IMG/VR virus record: IMGVR_UViG_3300027896_005002
Location: 59,488-123,487 of that record
DNA from: a virus
DNA: 64,000 bases
Strand: one strand, 5' to 3'
Shown here: positions 16,482 to 25,525 of the stretch, one piece after another
Numbering within the stretch: the stretch's first letter is position 1
Layout: each line of letters begins with the position of its first letter
Notes under the pieces: model-generated
Told to the model about the DNA's origin: nothing
The model's input: only the letters and a program-made list of their open reading frames with translations
The model's database searches: none
Position numbers and translations under genes: made by a program

Positions 16482-17066
16482 CTAATTTTCCACAACACCT
16501 CCTAAGATTTTCTCGACATAGATTCTATGTGCGAGGTTATTTGGGTTATAAGTAAAATTCATTGTGACATATTGACCTTTATTTGATCTTGGTACATAAG
16601 GCTTTGAAATCAATTTCAAACCAGCTTCTTCCGGTGTACGACCTCTTTTGATTACAACATTATGCCATCTACAAGCACAAACAGCATTTTCAAAAGAATG
16701 AACTGCTCCACCTCTACTTTTTGGTATTATGTGATCTAAAGTTCGTTCATCCGGTTGACACTTATATTTAAAAGCTTTTCCATCATTCTCAAAATGCCAG
16801 TATTGACAAATATTTTTATCTCTACGAAATACAGCTTCTTTATTGAAGCCGATTTCTTCTTTCTTGATTTTATATCCGGCAAACTCCAGTAATTGTACAA
16901 CAAATGGTCTTTTTAAACGAATTGTGGTGCTGCCAACCTCTTCACGTTCATCAGCAACAAGAACTTTTATTTTTTGTTTTGCCCACCATTTTAATACTTT
17001 GTCAAGATTTACTTCCGCCCAAAACTGATAGTTTCTATTTAATACAACTACTGAAGTCATAGTCAA
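16482..17066 (-). CDS. HNH endonuclease
   Basis: DHIIPKSRGGAVHSFENAVCACRWHNVVIKRG = HNH motif (D-H...N...C.C..HN). Confidence 0.6.
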   Translation of the reverse strand: MTMTSVVVLNRNYQFWAEVNLDKVLKWWAKQKIKVLVADEREEVGSTTIRLKRPFVVQLLEFAGYKIKKEEIGFNKEAVFRRDKNICQYWHFENDGKAFKYKCQPDERTLDHIIPKSRGGAVHSFENAVCACRWHNVVIKRGRTPEEAGLKLISKPYVPRSNKGQYVTMNFTYNPNNLAHRIYVEKILGGVVEN

Positions 17067-17162
17067 TTATTTTCCTTTCTTTTCAAAGATTTTACTTTGT
17101 ACATCTTGTGTCATACATTAAATAGCATTTACAATTCTTCATATTATCCTCCTATAAAAATT

Positions 17163-17239
17163 TGGTGTTGATGAGTGGAGTTGAACCACCGACCTTCTGA
17201 TTATGATTCAGATGCTGCTACCGACTGAGCTACATCAAC
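17163..17239 (-). tRNA. tRNA-Met (anticodon CAU), CCA encoded
   Basis: acceptor gttgatg/catcaac, D-arm gctcagtcggtagcagc, anticodon arm tctga-atcataa-tcaga, aCCA. Confidence 0.7.
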
Positions 17240-17260
17240 ATATTTACAATCTAATCTAAA

Positions 17261-17296
17261 AAAAAGCCCCGTTGTTTGTGGCAACAGGGCTTTTTA
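17261..17296. terminator. bidirectional rho-independent terminator
   Basis: aaaaaa-gccccgttg-tttgtgg-caacagggc-ttttt. Confidence 0.6.
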
Positions 17297-17454
17297 AATT
17301 CTTATATATAAGCCCTGTTACACTATGTGGCTCCTCTTGCTGTACTAATCGTAATACGCATAGATTTGACTACCACGAGTAACTTTATAAAATTATAATG
17401 CATATTTATCCTTTTGAGTAATAATCAAGTAAAAAGTCATAGATGGCCATTTTA

Positions 17455-18057
17455 TCAATAAAATATTAATTTTTTATTTTTCATTAAAATATCATTTATA
17501 TTTTTAATGTCTTTTAAAATATCAAAAATTATTTTTTTATGTCCTTCTTTTTGTAGATTGATCACAGGTATTGACCAATTATTTTTATCAGATTTAGTAA
17601 TTAATTCAGCTAATTTAATAGCTTGACCTGTTCCTCCCGAAGCTTCACCATCTTTCGTCCAACATATAACTAAATCAGTTGGTTTATCTAAATTAGCTCC
17701 TAAAATTTGAAAACAATTTCTAGACATCAATGCTTTTGTAAATTCTTTCAATCTATTCCATTCACAAATATCTCTAATACTCCAAACACTTTCTGCGTAA
17801 TCAATCGCAGTATCACTGTCAACATTCGGACCGCCAAAATATAATTCTGATGGATGTCTTTGAAATAACTTTTTTGGTAAATAAATTTCTTTTTTTCCTT
17901 TAACTTCATCACATCCATATTCAAAAGCAGAATCTGCTCCTTCTGCTGCACCACTTCGCAATGTCCATCCATTCAAAGCAAAAGCTTTAGCAATGTCAAT
18001 AATTAAAGTTATGACATTACTTGGCGTTTCTCTCGATCCAATGCCAGTGTAAATCAA
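17455..18057 (-). CDS. SLOG/DprA(Smf)-like Rossmann-fold protein
   Basis: IYTGIGSRETP...LRSGAAEGADSAFEYG resembles the DprA/LOG GxGsR....SGgA.G.D signature. Confidence 0.45.
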   Translation of the reverse strand: MIYTGIGSRETPSNVITLIIDIAKAFALNGWTLRSGAAEGADSAFEYGCDEVKGKKEIYLPKKLFQRHPSELYFGGPNVDSDTAIDYAESVWSIRDICEWNRLKEFTKALMSRNCFQILGANLDKPTDLVICWTKDGEASGGTGQAIKLAELITKSDKNNWSIPVINLQKEGHKKIIFDILKDIKNINDILMKNKKLIFY

Positions 18058-18114
18058 TGAACATCACTCATCAAATCTAAAACAATAGTATCATTGTCAT
18101 CAAATATGTCATTT

Positions 18115-18369
18115 TCATACAAAACATGAAAAACAATCGCCAAATTCATTTTCAATCGACCAATTTAACTTTGCAAGTGCTTTTGCATCATCCTCCGTTA
18201 ATTTATCAATAATATCATTTACATCAACTGAAAAAATGACATCATGTTCTGCACCTTCAATAAGCCTTTCAGTATATTTTGACAAAATCTTAAGTCCTTG
18301 AAAAGCATTATCACCTTCCCAACTGGATTCAGTACTCTTAAAAATTTGTTTTAATTGTTCTCTAGTCAT
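18115..18369 (-). CDS. hypothetical protein
   Basis: ORF track. Confidence 0.2.
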   Translation of the reverse strand: MTREQLKQIFKSTESSWEGDNAFQGLKILSKYTERLIEGAEHDVIFSVDVNDIIDKLTEDDAKALAKLNWSIENEFGDCFSCFV

Positions 18370-18386
18370 AATCCTCCATTAATGCA

Positions 18387-18593
18387 TTATAAAATTACTA
18401 AATCTTTATATTTACGAAAATTTCGCAAAACTTTTTTATCACATTGACCAAAAACAAATGTTTTTCCAGGACGTAAGTTAATTGTCCCATCATCTATTTT
18501 GATTATATAAGATTGTTTTCCTGTATTAATGACTTTAATTTCTTTGTCACAAATCTTAATTACTTTGTCCTGAACCTCAAATACAACTTCCAT
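18387..18593 (-). CDS. hypothetical protein
   Basis: ORF track. Confidence 0.2.
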   Translation of the reverse strand: MEVVFEVQDKVIKICDKEIKVINTGKQSYIIKIDDGTINLRPGKTFVFGQCDKKVLRNFRKYKDLVIL

Positions 18594-18601
18594 TGTTTTT
18601 C

Positions 18602-19057
18602 CTATTGTTGCTCAATTATTTCATCTACCCCTTCATCAAGACTTGGCTCTTCAAACTTTGCAGTCATCTTATCAATTACAGTTTGCCATTGTTCTCTTGA
18701 TATATTTCTAGAATCTAACATTCTATAACCTAAGGGATTTGGCTTTTTACAATATACAAATATTCTTTTATCAAAAGCTTTACAATGCGATAACCAAGCT
18801 GCACGATGCTGTTTATCAATATTAGTTTCATCAATTATCACATTAAATCCATTAACAATAGCCTTTTCAAGACATGTAATCGTCATTTCATGAACAAGAG
18901 GTTCTAAATTTTCAGTGTACAAATAATATCCATTTATCATTTGTCGAAATGAATCTCTATTAACAATTACTATATTTGGCTCTTCTTTAACTTTCATACG
19001 AGACCACGTACTCTTACCTGAGCCTGGAAGCCCAATCATTATATAAACTATTTTCAT
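18602..19057 (-). CDS. polynucleotide 5'-kinase (T4 Pnk kinase-domain-like, P-loop)
   Basis: IGLPGSGKSTWSR Walker A; VNRDSFRQ; IIDETNIDKQHRAAW parallel T4 Pnk motifs (GCPGSGKSTWAR, NRDDYRQ, DTNLNPERRLAW); no fused phosphatase domain. Confidence 0.6.
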   Translation of the reverse strand: MKIVYIMIGLPGSGKSTWSRMKVKEEPNIVIVNRDSFRQMINGYYLYTENLEPLVHEMTITCLEKAIVNGFNVIIDETNIDKQHRAAWLSHCKAFDKRIFVYCKKPNPLGYRMLDSRNISREQWQTVIDKMTAKFEEPSLDEGVDEIIEQQ

Positions 19058-19272
19058 TAATTTTTCCTAAAATATTTCATTGTATGCCATATTATATATA
19101 AAAAAGTAAAAACTATTACTGGCACAATCATTAATTTAAAAGTAAACAGCATCATCCTCAAGCTTGCAACAAACACACTAGACAATATCATTAAAACAAA
19201 AGCTGCAAGAAATAATGAACATACAAAAAATAACATTTTTAAAAATATATTAGGTTTTTTCATACTATCCAT
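19057..19272 (-). CDS. small membrane protein (2 TM)
   Basis: Hydrophobic stretches FFVCSLFLAAFVLMILSSVFV and MIVPVIVFTFLYII. Confidence 0.25.
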   Translation of the reverse strand: MDSMKKPNIFLKMLFFVCSLFLAAFVLMILSSVFVASLRMMLFTFKLMIVPVIVFTFLYIIWHTMKYFRKN

Positions 19273-19636
19273 CCTTTTTTTGTAATGAAAAAATATTCAT
19301 TCTTAAAATATATTTTTCATCAGGTAATGAAGGTTTAAAATTCGTATATAAAGCATTAATATCAATCTCGTGGATTGTATAAATAATAGGCCATATTTTC
19401 AATATTAATTTTGGACACCATCGTTTTTTAAAAGCTTGCCACCAATCTCGAGGATATTTTATTACTTTTTTTGTTACATTTTCTCCCCATAAAAAACCTT
19501 GTATACGTAATTCTAATTCTTTAGCAAAAACCTCTGTAATATCAAATTTTTCAAAACAAAAATATCTAGAAAATACTTTTGTAAATGCTATTTGAATTTT
19601 TTGAAGTCGAATTTCTTCAGAACAAAAATTATTCAT
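19265..19636 (-). CDS. hypothetical protein
   Basis: ORF track. Confidence 0.2.
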   Translation of the reverse strand: MNNFCSEEIRLQKIQIAFTKVFSRYFCFEKFDITEVFAKELELRIQGFLWGENVTKKVIKYPRDWWQAFKKRWCPKLILKIWPIIYTIHEIDINALYTNFKPSLPDEKYILRMNIFSLQKKDG

Positions 19637-20568
19637 GAAGTAATATTAGACCTTAATGTAATATATGGTGTAGTCAAAGTTAAAGGATCTGGCATTGTCC
19701 AAAGTAGTCTACCAAGCTCATCGACAGATTGATATGCTGCAGTATTAATAAAATGCCACGTTCGCACATCATCTGCTGGATCATTAGCATTTTGTTCTGA
19801 CATTGATTGATCTCTATAAGCCAATCCTATACCTGCACCAGTAGCAACGCTTGGTGTTCCTCTAGCTGTTTCTGCACCTCTATATCCATTTATACCTCTC
19901 ACAGTCGGTGATGCAGGAGTTGACATAGCCTCATTCATTTTTTTCCAACCACGTTCTTCCAATTTTGCTATTCGATTATGAATTCTGTCTCTTTGATACA
20001 TTACATTATCATGTAACACATAAAATATTTTTTGTTTACAATGATCGATAGCATTAATTTGTGATTCTAACAATTTATCAGAAAATAGAGGATTATTTAT
20101 ATAGGCAAGACCACAACAAGAGAGATCAACATTAGACATTATACTTATTAACGCAGATACGGCTTCAGAATCATTTTTAAATTTTTTTCTCGGTCTTATT
20201 ATTTGAACAATTGCATTGTTTCGTTTAAAAGTCCACGGTTGATTTATAATTTGTAATCCCAAATACATTGCAGCAATATCAAAATCAGGCCCAGGAAGCT
20301 GAACGAATCCACAAGCAATCAATCTATCATATATTCTTCTTGCTGACCGTGGCAATGCCATTATGTCTACGTCGTGTATCTTAAGATCAGCCAAACTATC
20401 CCTGACAGCGCCACCAAAAATAGCTGCATCAGTGTCAGACAATAAACCATCAATATCACCATCAAGATAATCTGACATAGCTTTCCGTATCTTAATGACA
20501 TCTAAATCATAATCATTTCGAACTTTAACTACGTCATCATTCATATTTCTTCCAGACATAAATGACAT
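19633..20568 (-). CDS. nucleotidyltransferase, tRNA CCA-adding-enzyme head-domain-like
   Basis: IFGGAVRDSLADLKIHDVDI matches the class II CCA-adding/poly(A) polymerase motif GGxVRD...DxD; C-terminal region divergent and GC-richer. Confidence 0.45.
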   Translation of the reverse strand: MSFMSGRNMNDDVVKVRNDYDLDVIKIRKAMSDYLDGDIDGLLSDTDAAIFGGAVRDSLADLKIHDVDIMALPRSARRIYDRLIACGFVQLPGPDFDIAAMYLGLQIINQPWTFKRNNAIVQIIRPRKKFKNDSEAVSALISIMSNVDLSCCGLAYINNPLFSDKLLESQINAIDHCKQKIFYVLHDNVMYQRDRIHNRIAKLEERGWKKMNEAMSTPASPTVRGINGYRGAETARGTPSVATGAGIGLAYRDQSMSEQNANDPADDVRTWHFINTAAYQSVDELGRLLWTMPDPLTLTTPYITLRSNITS

Positions 20569-21187
20569 TCTTCGTCGACTCTAAAGACCTACTAAATAAC
20601 CACGGAAATCTATACTCTTTATGCGACAAATTCAAAATCTTCTTCTTTGCGTGCACTGTCTCATGACCAACCATTATATATCTATCAACATTCTTTATAA
20701 CCCATTCTTCATCTATGCCAAACATGTTACCACCATTATCATGTTCAGCTTCATTATATTTATGAGTAATCCAACATCCAATGACGGTCTTAGGTCTATA
20801 TTTTTTTATAGCTGCAATACCATCAAGCTTAATAACATCGTCAGGATATTTAGTTGTCGGCTGACGCATCATCGTGTAATAAGCTTTTATCTCTGGAGTC
20901 TCCATGTACCTTGAATCTGTAGCTGGAACTCCAAGACACCTCGCTAATGCACCATGACCTGCACCAATCTCTATCGTAGTCGTAAGATCTATTTCCTGTT
21001 TAAACCAATCCACTAATTCAATGGTCGGAAAACAATAAAATCCGTTTTTATGTCCAAATAATGCAAGATGTGTTTGAGGAATTTTGGATAATACAGAAAC
21101 AGGAACTACTTTCAACAGATCATTGTCTAACAAAACATGATCTAAATAAGAAACATCTTCATTTACAAGAAAAGCTGCCATAATCAA
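20537..21187 (-). CDS. class I SAM-dependent methyltransferase
   Basis: IEIGAGHGALARCLG glycine-rich SAM-binding motif I. Confidence 0.45.
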   Translation of the reverse strand: MIMAAFLVNEDVSYLDHVLLDNDLLKVVPVSVLSKIPQTHLALFGHKNGFYCFPTIELVDWFKQEIDLTTTIEIGAGHGALARCLGVPATDSRYMETPEIKAYYTMMRQPTTKYPDDVIKLDGIAAIKKYRPKTVIGCWITHKYNEAEHDNGGNMFGIDEEWVIKNVDRYIMVGHETVHAKKKILNLSHKEYRFPWLFSRSLESTKNVIYVWKKYE

Positions 21188-21198
21188 CCTTAATTTAA

Positions 21199-21282
21199 TG
21201 CTCGAGACCGGAATCGAACCGGTATGGAATTGCTTCCGAAGGATTTTAAGTCCTTTGCGTCTACCTGCTTCGCCACTCGAGC
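21199..21282 (-). tRNA. tRNA-Leu (anticodon UAA), class II
   Basis: acceptor gctcgag/ctcgagc, anticodon arm aagga-cttaaaa-tcctt, long variable arm cggaagcaattccata, T-loop ttcgatt. Confidence 0.7.
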
Positions 21283-21555
21283 TTAACCTTCATTTGTAGA
21301 TCTACCTGTACCTTCACAAAAAGTACATTTCTTCCCAGGTCGAAATGGTTCAGGTAAAAGCCAACCACGTCCTTCACATTTTTTACAATTAAAATATAGC
21401 TTACGTATATTAAACCATTTCATAATAAAAAACTGTATAAAAAGATATCTCCATTGACCAAATTGCCATTTAATTCCCCACGGAAACATTTTGTCATAAA
21501 ATGATTTAGGTTCAACGGGTCTTCTAAATTGAGGTAATCCAAATGGAGGTAACAT
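21283..21555 (-). CDS. small Zn-ribbon protein
   Basis: CKKCEGRG...CTFCEGTG. Confidence 0.25.
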   Translation of the reverse strand: MLPPFGLPQFRRPVEPKSFYDKMFPWGIKWQFGQWRYLFIQFFIMKWFNIRKLYFNCKKCEGRGWLLPEPFRPGKKCTFCEGTGRSTNEG

Positions 21556-21750
21556 TTATGTGTCCTTTGGAAAAATTATCGGAAATAATAAACAACAAAT
21601 ACAAACCAAAATAAAAACAAAAAAGACAACAGGCCACAATAAAATGATTTCAACACTATCTTTCGTAGTCTGAGCTTGTAAAATCAATTTATTATGATAC
21701 AAGAAAAATAGAATTAAAACGACTATTAACCAAATGTATAAAATAATCAT
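21556..21750 (-). CDS. small membrane protein
   Basis: Two hydrophobic helices. Confidence 0.2.
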   Translation of the reverse strand: MIILYIWLIVVLILFFLYHNKLILQAQTTKDSVEIILLWPVVFFVFILVCICCLLFPIIFPKDT

Positions 21751-21777
21751 TTAAGGCCTATCATCACATTAAAAAAT

Positions 21778-21857
21778 AGGAGAGGAGGGATTTGAACCCT
21801 CATCTGCCACATACCGTTACGATTATCCGCCTTATAAGAGCGGCTCGGTACTCTCCT
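21778..21857 (-). tRNA. noncanonical tRNA-like gene, anticodon UAU (Ile/AUA), reduced D-arm; same architecture as 8152-8230 and 9170-9252
   Basis: acceptor aggagag/ctctcct, ta-ccgag, anticodon arm ccgct-cttataa-ggcgg, ataatcgtaacggtatgtggcagat, T-arm gaggg-ttcaaat-ccctc. Confidence 0.45.
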
Positions 21858-21858
21858 G

Positions 21859-22209
21859 TTATTTTATTGATCCTGGTTTATAAATATCGCCATTTCTATT
21901 CAGCACATTAAACTGTACAATAGTACTTCTATATGTTTTATATGGACCTTCCATCATCATTGTTTCTTCTCGTTCTTTAATTATTCTTTTCTCTATTGTC
22001 GTTAACAAATGAATTTTAACAACAATACATGGTAACGGACATATATACAATGAATTATCTTTAACACTCCAAAAAAGTCCGACCCAAAAATCATACCATG
22101 CAAAAAATAACTTACACTTAATTATCGGTCTATCAATAAAAAGATGATATTTAACAATCAACAAAAAAGTCTTCCATTTCAACTTAATTATCGTCAATCT
22201 CTTTAACAA
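21859..22209 (-). CDS. hypothetical protein
   Basis: ORF track. Confidence 0.2.
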   Translation of the reverse strand: MLKRLTIIKLKWKTFLLIVKYHLFIDRPIIKCKLFFAWYDFWVGLFWSVKDNSLYICPLPCIVVKIHLLTTIEKRIIKEREETMMMEGPYKTYRSTIVQFNVLNRNGDIYKPGSIK

Positions 22210-22441
22210 ATTTAAGATATCCTTTTAAAAACTTTTTAACTGATCTACCCTTTTCATCAAAAACTTCAACACCATAATTATCTTGCTGCTGATTAAAACG
22301 AATCTTTGTCATTCGACAAAAATATTTATTTCCTTGTTTATCCTCAACTATAGAAGTCTTTTTTGCTGCTGCAGATGCTGCCCCTCTGGTGCATTGTATT
22401 GAGGTCACACCATCTTTTTCACTAATTATTGCTTCTCCCAT
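22184..22441 (-). CDS. hypothetical protein
   Basis: ORF track. Confidence 0.2.
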   Translation of the reverse strand: MGEAIISEKDGVTSIQCTRGAASAAAKKTSIVEDKQGNKYFCRMTKIRFNQQQDNYGVEVFDEKGRSVKKFLKGYLKFVKEIDDN

Positions 22442-22641
22442 TAAATTTCTACTCCTATTGGTTCTTTGTTTTTCTGCAATCGTTGCATTTTTACAACACT
22501 ATCTTCAGATAAATTTAATTTACTGATTACGTCTTTAGCTTTACGACGAGCATCAACATCATCAGTTTCTGAAAATGGTATTATAATCTTTAATTGATAG
22601 TCCATAAGTTTTTCCAAGAAAAGAGGACAACCTTGTCATTT

Positions 22642-23154
22642 TTAATTTAATGTTTTTCGATCTTCGTAACAATGTTGAATAATACATGCTGACTTATCTA
22701 ACAATGACTGAATCTGCTTAGAAACATCCTTCAATTGCTTATAATAATCCATCACTTCTTTAAATTCAGGATTACTATCTAATTGTAAAACAACTGCAGA
22801 ATTTAAATCTTTCTCAGTCAATGCAATTATAGTCTTACTCGGAACATTTTTACAAACAAAAATATTTGCTCCCCATATCATTCCCATCAATCCTTTAAGC
22901 AAATTCTCTCTCTTAGTCTCCGGTTCAATAACATCCCTACCAAACTTTCTAAAATCCGAATAAACTACTGCATTAGTGATCAAACAATCAACTCTTGTAT
23001 CTTCTTCTCTTTCAAGCGCAGCAAACAAATCAGCTAGAACATCAGGAACAACATGATCAAAAGCAGTCTTAACATAACCTTTTACATTCACAAATTGTAA
23101 AAACTTATCCCAAGACTCGGTTACTTTTGAATAATAAAAAAATACATCATCCAT
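22642..23154 (-). CDS. hypothetical protein
   Basis: ORF track. Confidence 0.25.
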   Translation of the reverse strand: MDDVFFYYSKVTESWDKFLQFVNVKGYVKTAFDHVVPDVLADLFAALEREEDTRVDCLITNAVVYSDFRKFGRDVIEPETKRENLLKGLMGMIWGANIFVCKNVPSKTIIALTEKDLNSAVVLQLDSNPEFKEVMDYYKQLKDVSKQIQSLLDKSACIIQHCYEDRKTLN

Positions 23155-23235
23155 AATTATTCTTTCCAGACAAAATTATCCTCCTTTCCTAAAGATAATA
23201 TATGTCATTAAAAGAATAAATTTATGGTATGGAAT

Positions 23236-23589
23236 TCAAACTTCTATAATTATGTTATTCCATGCACCCGGACAAATCGTAGCTGTCGGCAGCAAACTTG
23301 CCATATTCTGAGCACCAACAGAATTAAAACTATGTATTATTATATTCTTAGGCTGTCGTCCTGGGTGCGCCTCAAGCCATTGCGCTACCTCATAACCAGT
23401 ATCTTTCCCAGATTTAACATATGTCTGACCGCCCAAGTCGTGATCAAGAAATAGATATTGCCAAGTGCTCTCAATCAAATGTTGTATTGTACTTTTAACT
23501 GTTGAAGTTTGTACAACTTCATGCCCAATTAATTTTTGTCGAAAAATCTTTTGTCTATCATCATCATCATCTAAAATTAATATTCTCAT
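23236..23589 (-). CDS. CheY-like receiver-domain-like protein (weak)
   Basis: MRILILDDDDD N-terminus, LFLDHDLGG, IIIHSFN resemble a receiver fold. Confidence 0.3.
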   Translation of the reverse strand: MRILILDDDDDRQKIFRQKLIGHEVVQTSTVKSTIQHLIESTWQYLFLDHDLGGQTYVKSGKDTGYEVAQWLEAHPGRQPKNIIIHSFNSVGAQNMASLLPTATICPGAWNNIIIEV

Positions 23590-23591
23590 TT

Positions 23592-24443
23592 TTATTTCTC
23601 AAATTTATAATAAAAAAACCAACCATTAGCGGATTTTCGTGTACCTTTTAATACTGTTATAATATTTGATGGATAAGTATTTAATTGCTTAGCTGCTTGT
23701 TTTTTGTTCGAAAATTCTAATTTTTGACCATTTTTTACAGCAAAAAATATTTTTCTCTTAAGTTGTTCAACAAAATCATCATACATTTTTTTAGTTATAT
23801 ACTTAAAAGAAAATATCCAATTATTTTTAGATTTAACTTTTCCATGCAAAATACAACTAATAAACCTTTGACTAACCTTAGTATAAATAGATGCTTCGTA
23901 TTGTGTTTTAAATTTCTTTAATTCATTAACATTTCTTGCATAAAAAGCTTTTCCACCATGACACTTACTATGCTTAATTCTTTCTTCAATTTTATTAAAC
24001 CTTTTATTCTGAGATTTACCCTGTTTTTTTCTGGCTTTATCTGACTTAAAATAATTTATTAAACCCAAACTTAAATTTTTTCGTGCTTCTAAATTAAACT
24101 TTCCATTACTTCCGCCTTCTTTTAAATTATATCCAAAAGTTTTATTAGTACTATTAAACTTTTTAATATATTCTTTTTCTTTTTTATCAAGTTCTAATTG
24201 TGTATTGCATTTACATAATATGTCCCAAGTAAATTTATCAAAACCATATTTCATTAAAGCATTATGAAAATATGATTGATTTTTTGGCTTTTTTATTAAA
24301 CTTTTCAAACAAACTCGATGATGAGCTTTAATTCTACCTTGTAATGATCGCCATGTTTGACCAATATACACTTTATTTGTTAAAATATTTGTAGCTTTAT
24401 AAATGATACTTTGTTCATACAAGTATTCATCTAAAATATTCAT
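23592..24443 (-). CDS. GIY-YIG homing endonuclease
   Basis: IYKATNILTNKVYIGQT ... R...H ... GYNLKEGG = GIY-YIG catalytic motifs; basic C-terminal DNA-binding region. Confidence 0.65.
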   Translation of the reverse strand: MNILDEYLYEQSIIYKATNILTNKVYIGQTWRSLQGRIKAHHRVCLKSLIKKPKNQSYFHNALMKYGFDKFTWDILCKCNTQLELDKKEKEYIKKFNSTNKTFGYNLKEGGSNGKFNLEARKNLSLGLINYFKSDKARKKQGKSQNKRFNKIEERIKHSKCHGGKAFYARNVNELKKFKTQYEASIYTKVSQRFISCILHGKVKSKNNWIFSFKYITKKMYDDFVEQLKRKIFFAVKNGQKLEFSNKKQAAKQLNTYPSNIITVLKGTRKSANGWFFYYKFEK

Positions 24444-25495
24444 TTACCTGTCTTATCTAAGTATACTGGATCTCGTTGCTTTAAAAATAACCGGCCAAAA
24501 CCAACAATATATTTCTCTATCATCGGCTTTATCACTATGCCCTCTCTCAACCTATCGATTAATACACTCTTTCCATTTGAAGCAACTTGGACTGATCGGC
24601 CATCTAACCAATCTTTAAAGATCACATTACTCGCTATAATTGGTACAAATCTCTCTCTCAAACCAATCTTATCCAAGAGAACATCAATCTCTCCAAAATC
24701 AATAGCTTTACTATTGACTTCAATATCAAAAATCTTTATCGTATGCTTTTTCAAATTATAATAATTACCCTGTACTTTAGGCCCGATTATCTCACCCCGA
24801 ATCGTAATCGCACAATTCGGAAAATAATTGACCTTCAAATTACTCACTGCGTCTATCAAACCATCATTACGAGCGACCTGCCAAAAAGTATGCTCCTCAT
24901 GATCAGGCAAATTTATGATAGCATGACCGTGCGTGCACACGCTCATCTTATCATCTACATCAATGAAGACAGCAGCATTAGTGCCTTCTATTTTCTCAGA
25001 TATGAACACCCTCTCATTCATCAATTGCTCAACGATATCAGGATGTCTATCGCAGCCTTCAATATCATAATTATAAACCATCTCCGGTCGCTGTACCAAA
25101 TTACCAGTGCTCGTCATAACTTCTGGTGCTTCATACTTTGTCACACTCAAAGCAGCTGTTAGATCTACCGGTAAAACGTCCACCTTAAGATAAGCCTTAA
25201 CACTAGACGCAGATGTGACATATCCTTGAGAAATTTCATTTCTTAATTTACAAGTTTTAATTCTATTTTTATCTTTACCTGATAAAAAATTCTGAATATT
25301 TTGTTGTAATATAAATTCCTGAGGCAGTATAGAATCTATTGGAAAATAAACTACACTATCTCCAACTTTATATAAATCTTTTTGGACAACAAATTGATAT
25401 GTCATCCCTTCAACTTGACCAAGTTCCAATTTATCAGCATTTGGATGCGGATAAATTTTAGATATTTTTTTTACTTCCACAGCAAAAGTACTCAT
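24440..25495 (-). CDS. ATP-dependent RNA ligase (Rnl2/Rnl5-like nucleotidyltransferase core) fused to N-terminal Trbp111/CsaA-like tRNA-binding OB domain
   Basis: N-term VEVKKISKIYPHPNADKLELGQVE (tRNA-binding OB signature hPnADkL); motif I EKIEGTNAAVF (KxxG), motif IV REGIVIKP (EGxxxK), motif V LFLKQRD...K. Confidence 0.55.
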   Translation of the reverse strand: MSTFAVEVKKISKIYPHPNADKLELGQVEGMTYQFVVQKDLYKVGDSVVYFPIDSILPQEFILQQNIQNFLSGKDKNRIKTCKLRNEISQGYVTSASSVKAYLKVDVLPVDLTAALSVTKYEAPEVMTSTGNLVQRPEMVYNYDIEGCDRHPDIVEQLMNERVFISEKIEGTNAAVFIDVDDKMSVCTHGHAIINLPDHEEHTFWQVARNDGLIDAVSNLKVNYFPNCAITIRGEIIGPKVQGNYYNLKKHTIKIFDIEVNSKAIDFGEIDVLLDKIGLRERFVPIIASNVIFKDWLDGRSVQVASNGKSVLIDRLREGIVIKPMIEKYIVGFGRLFLKQRDPVYLDKTGK

Positions 25496-25525
25496 TTTAA
25501 TCCCTTCCCTAATGTCATTAACTAA

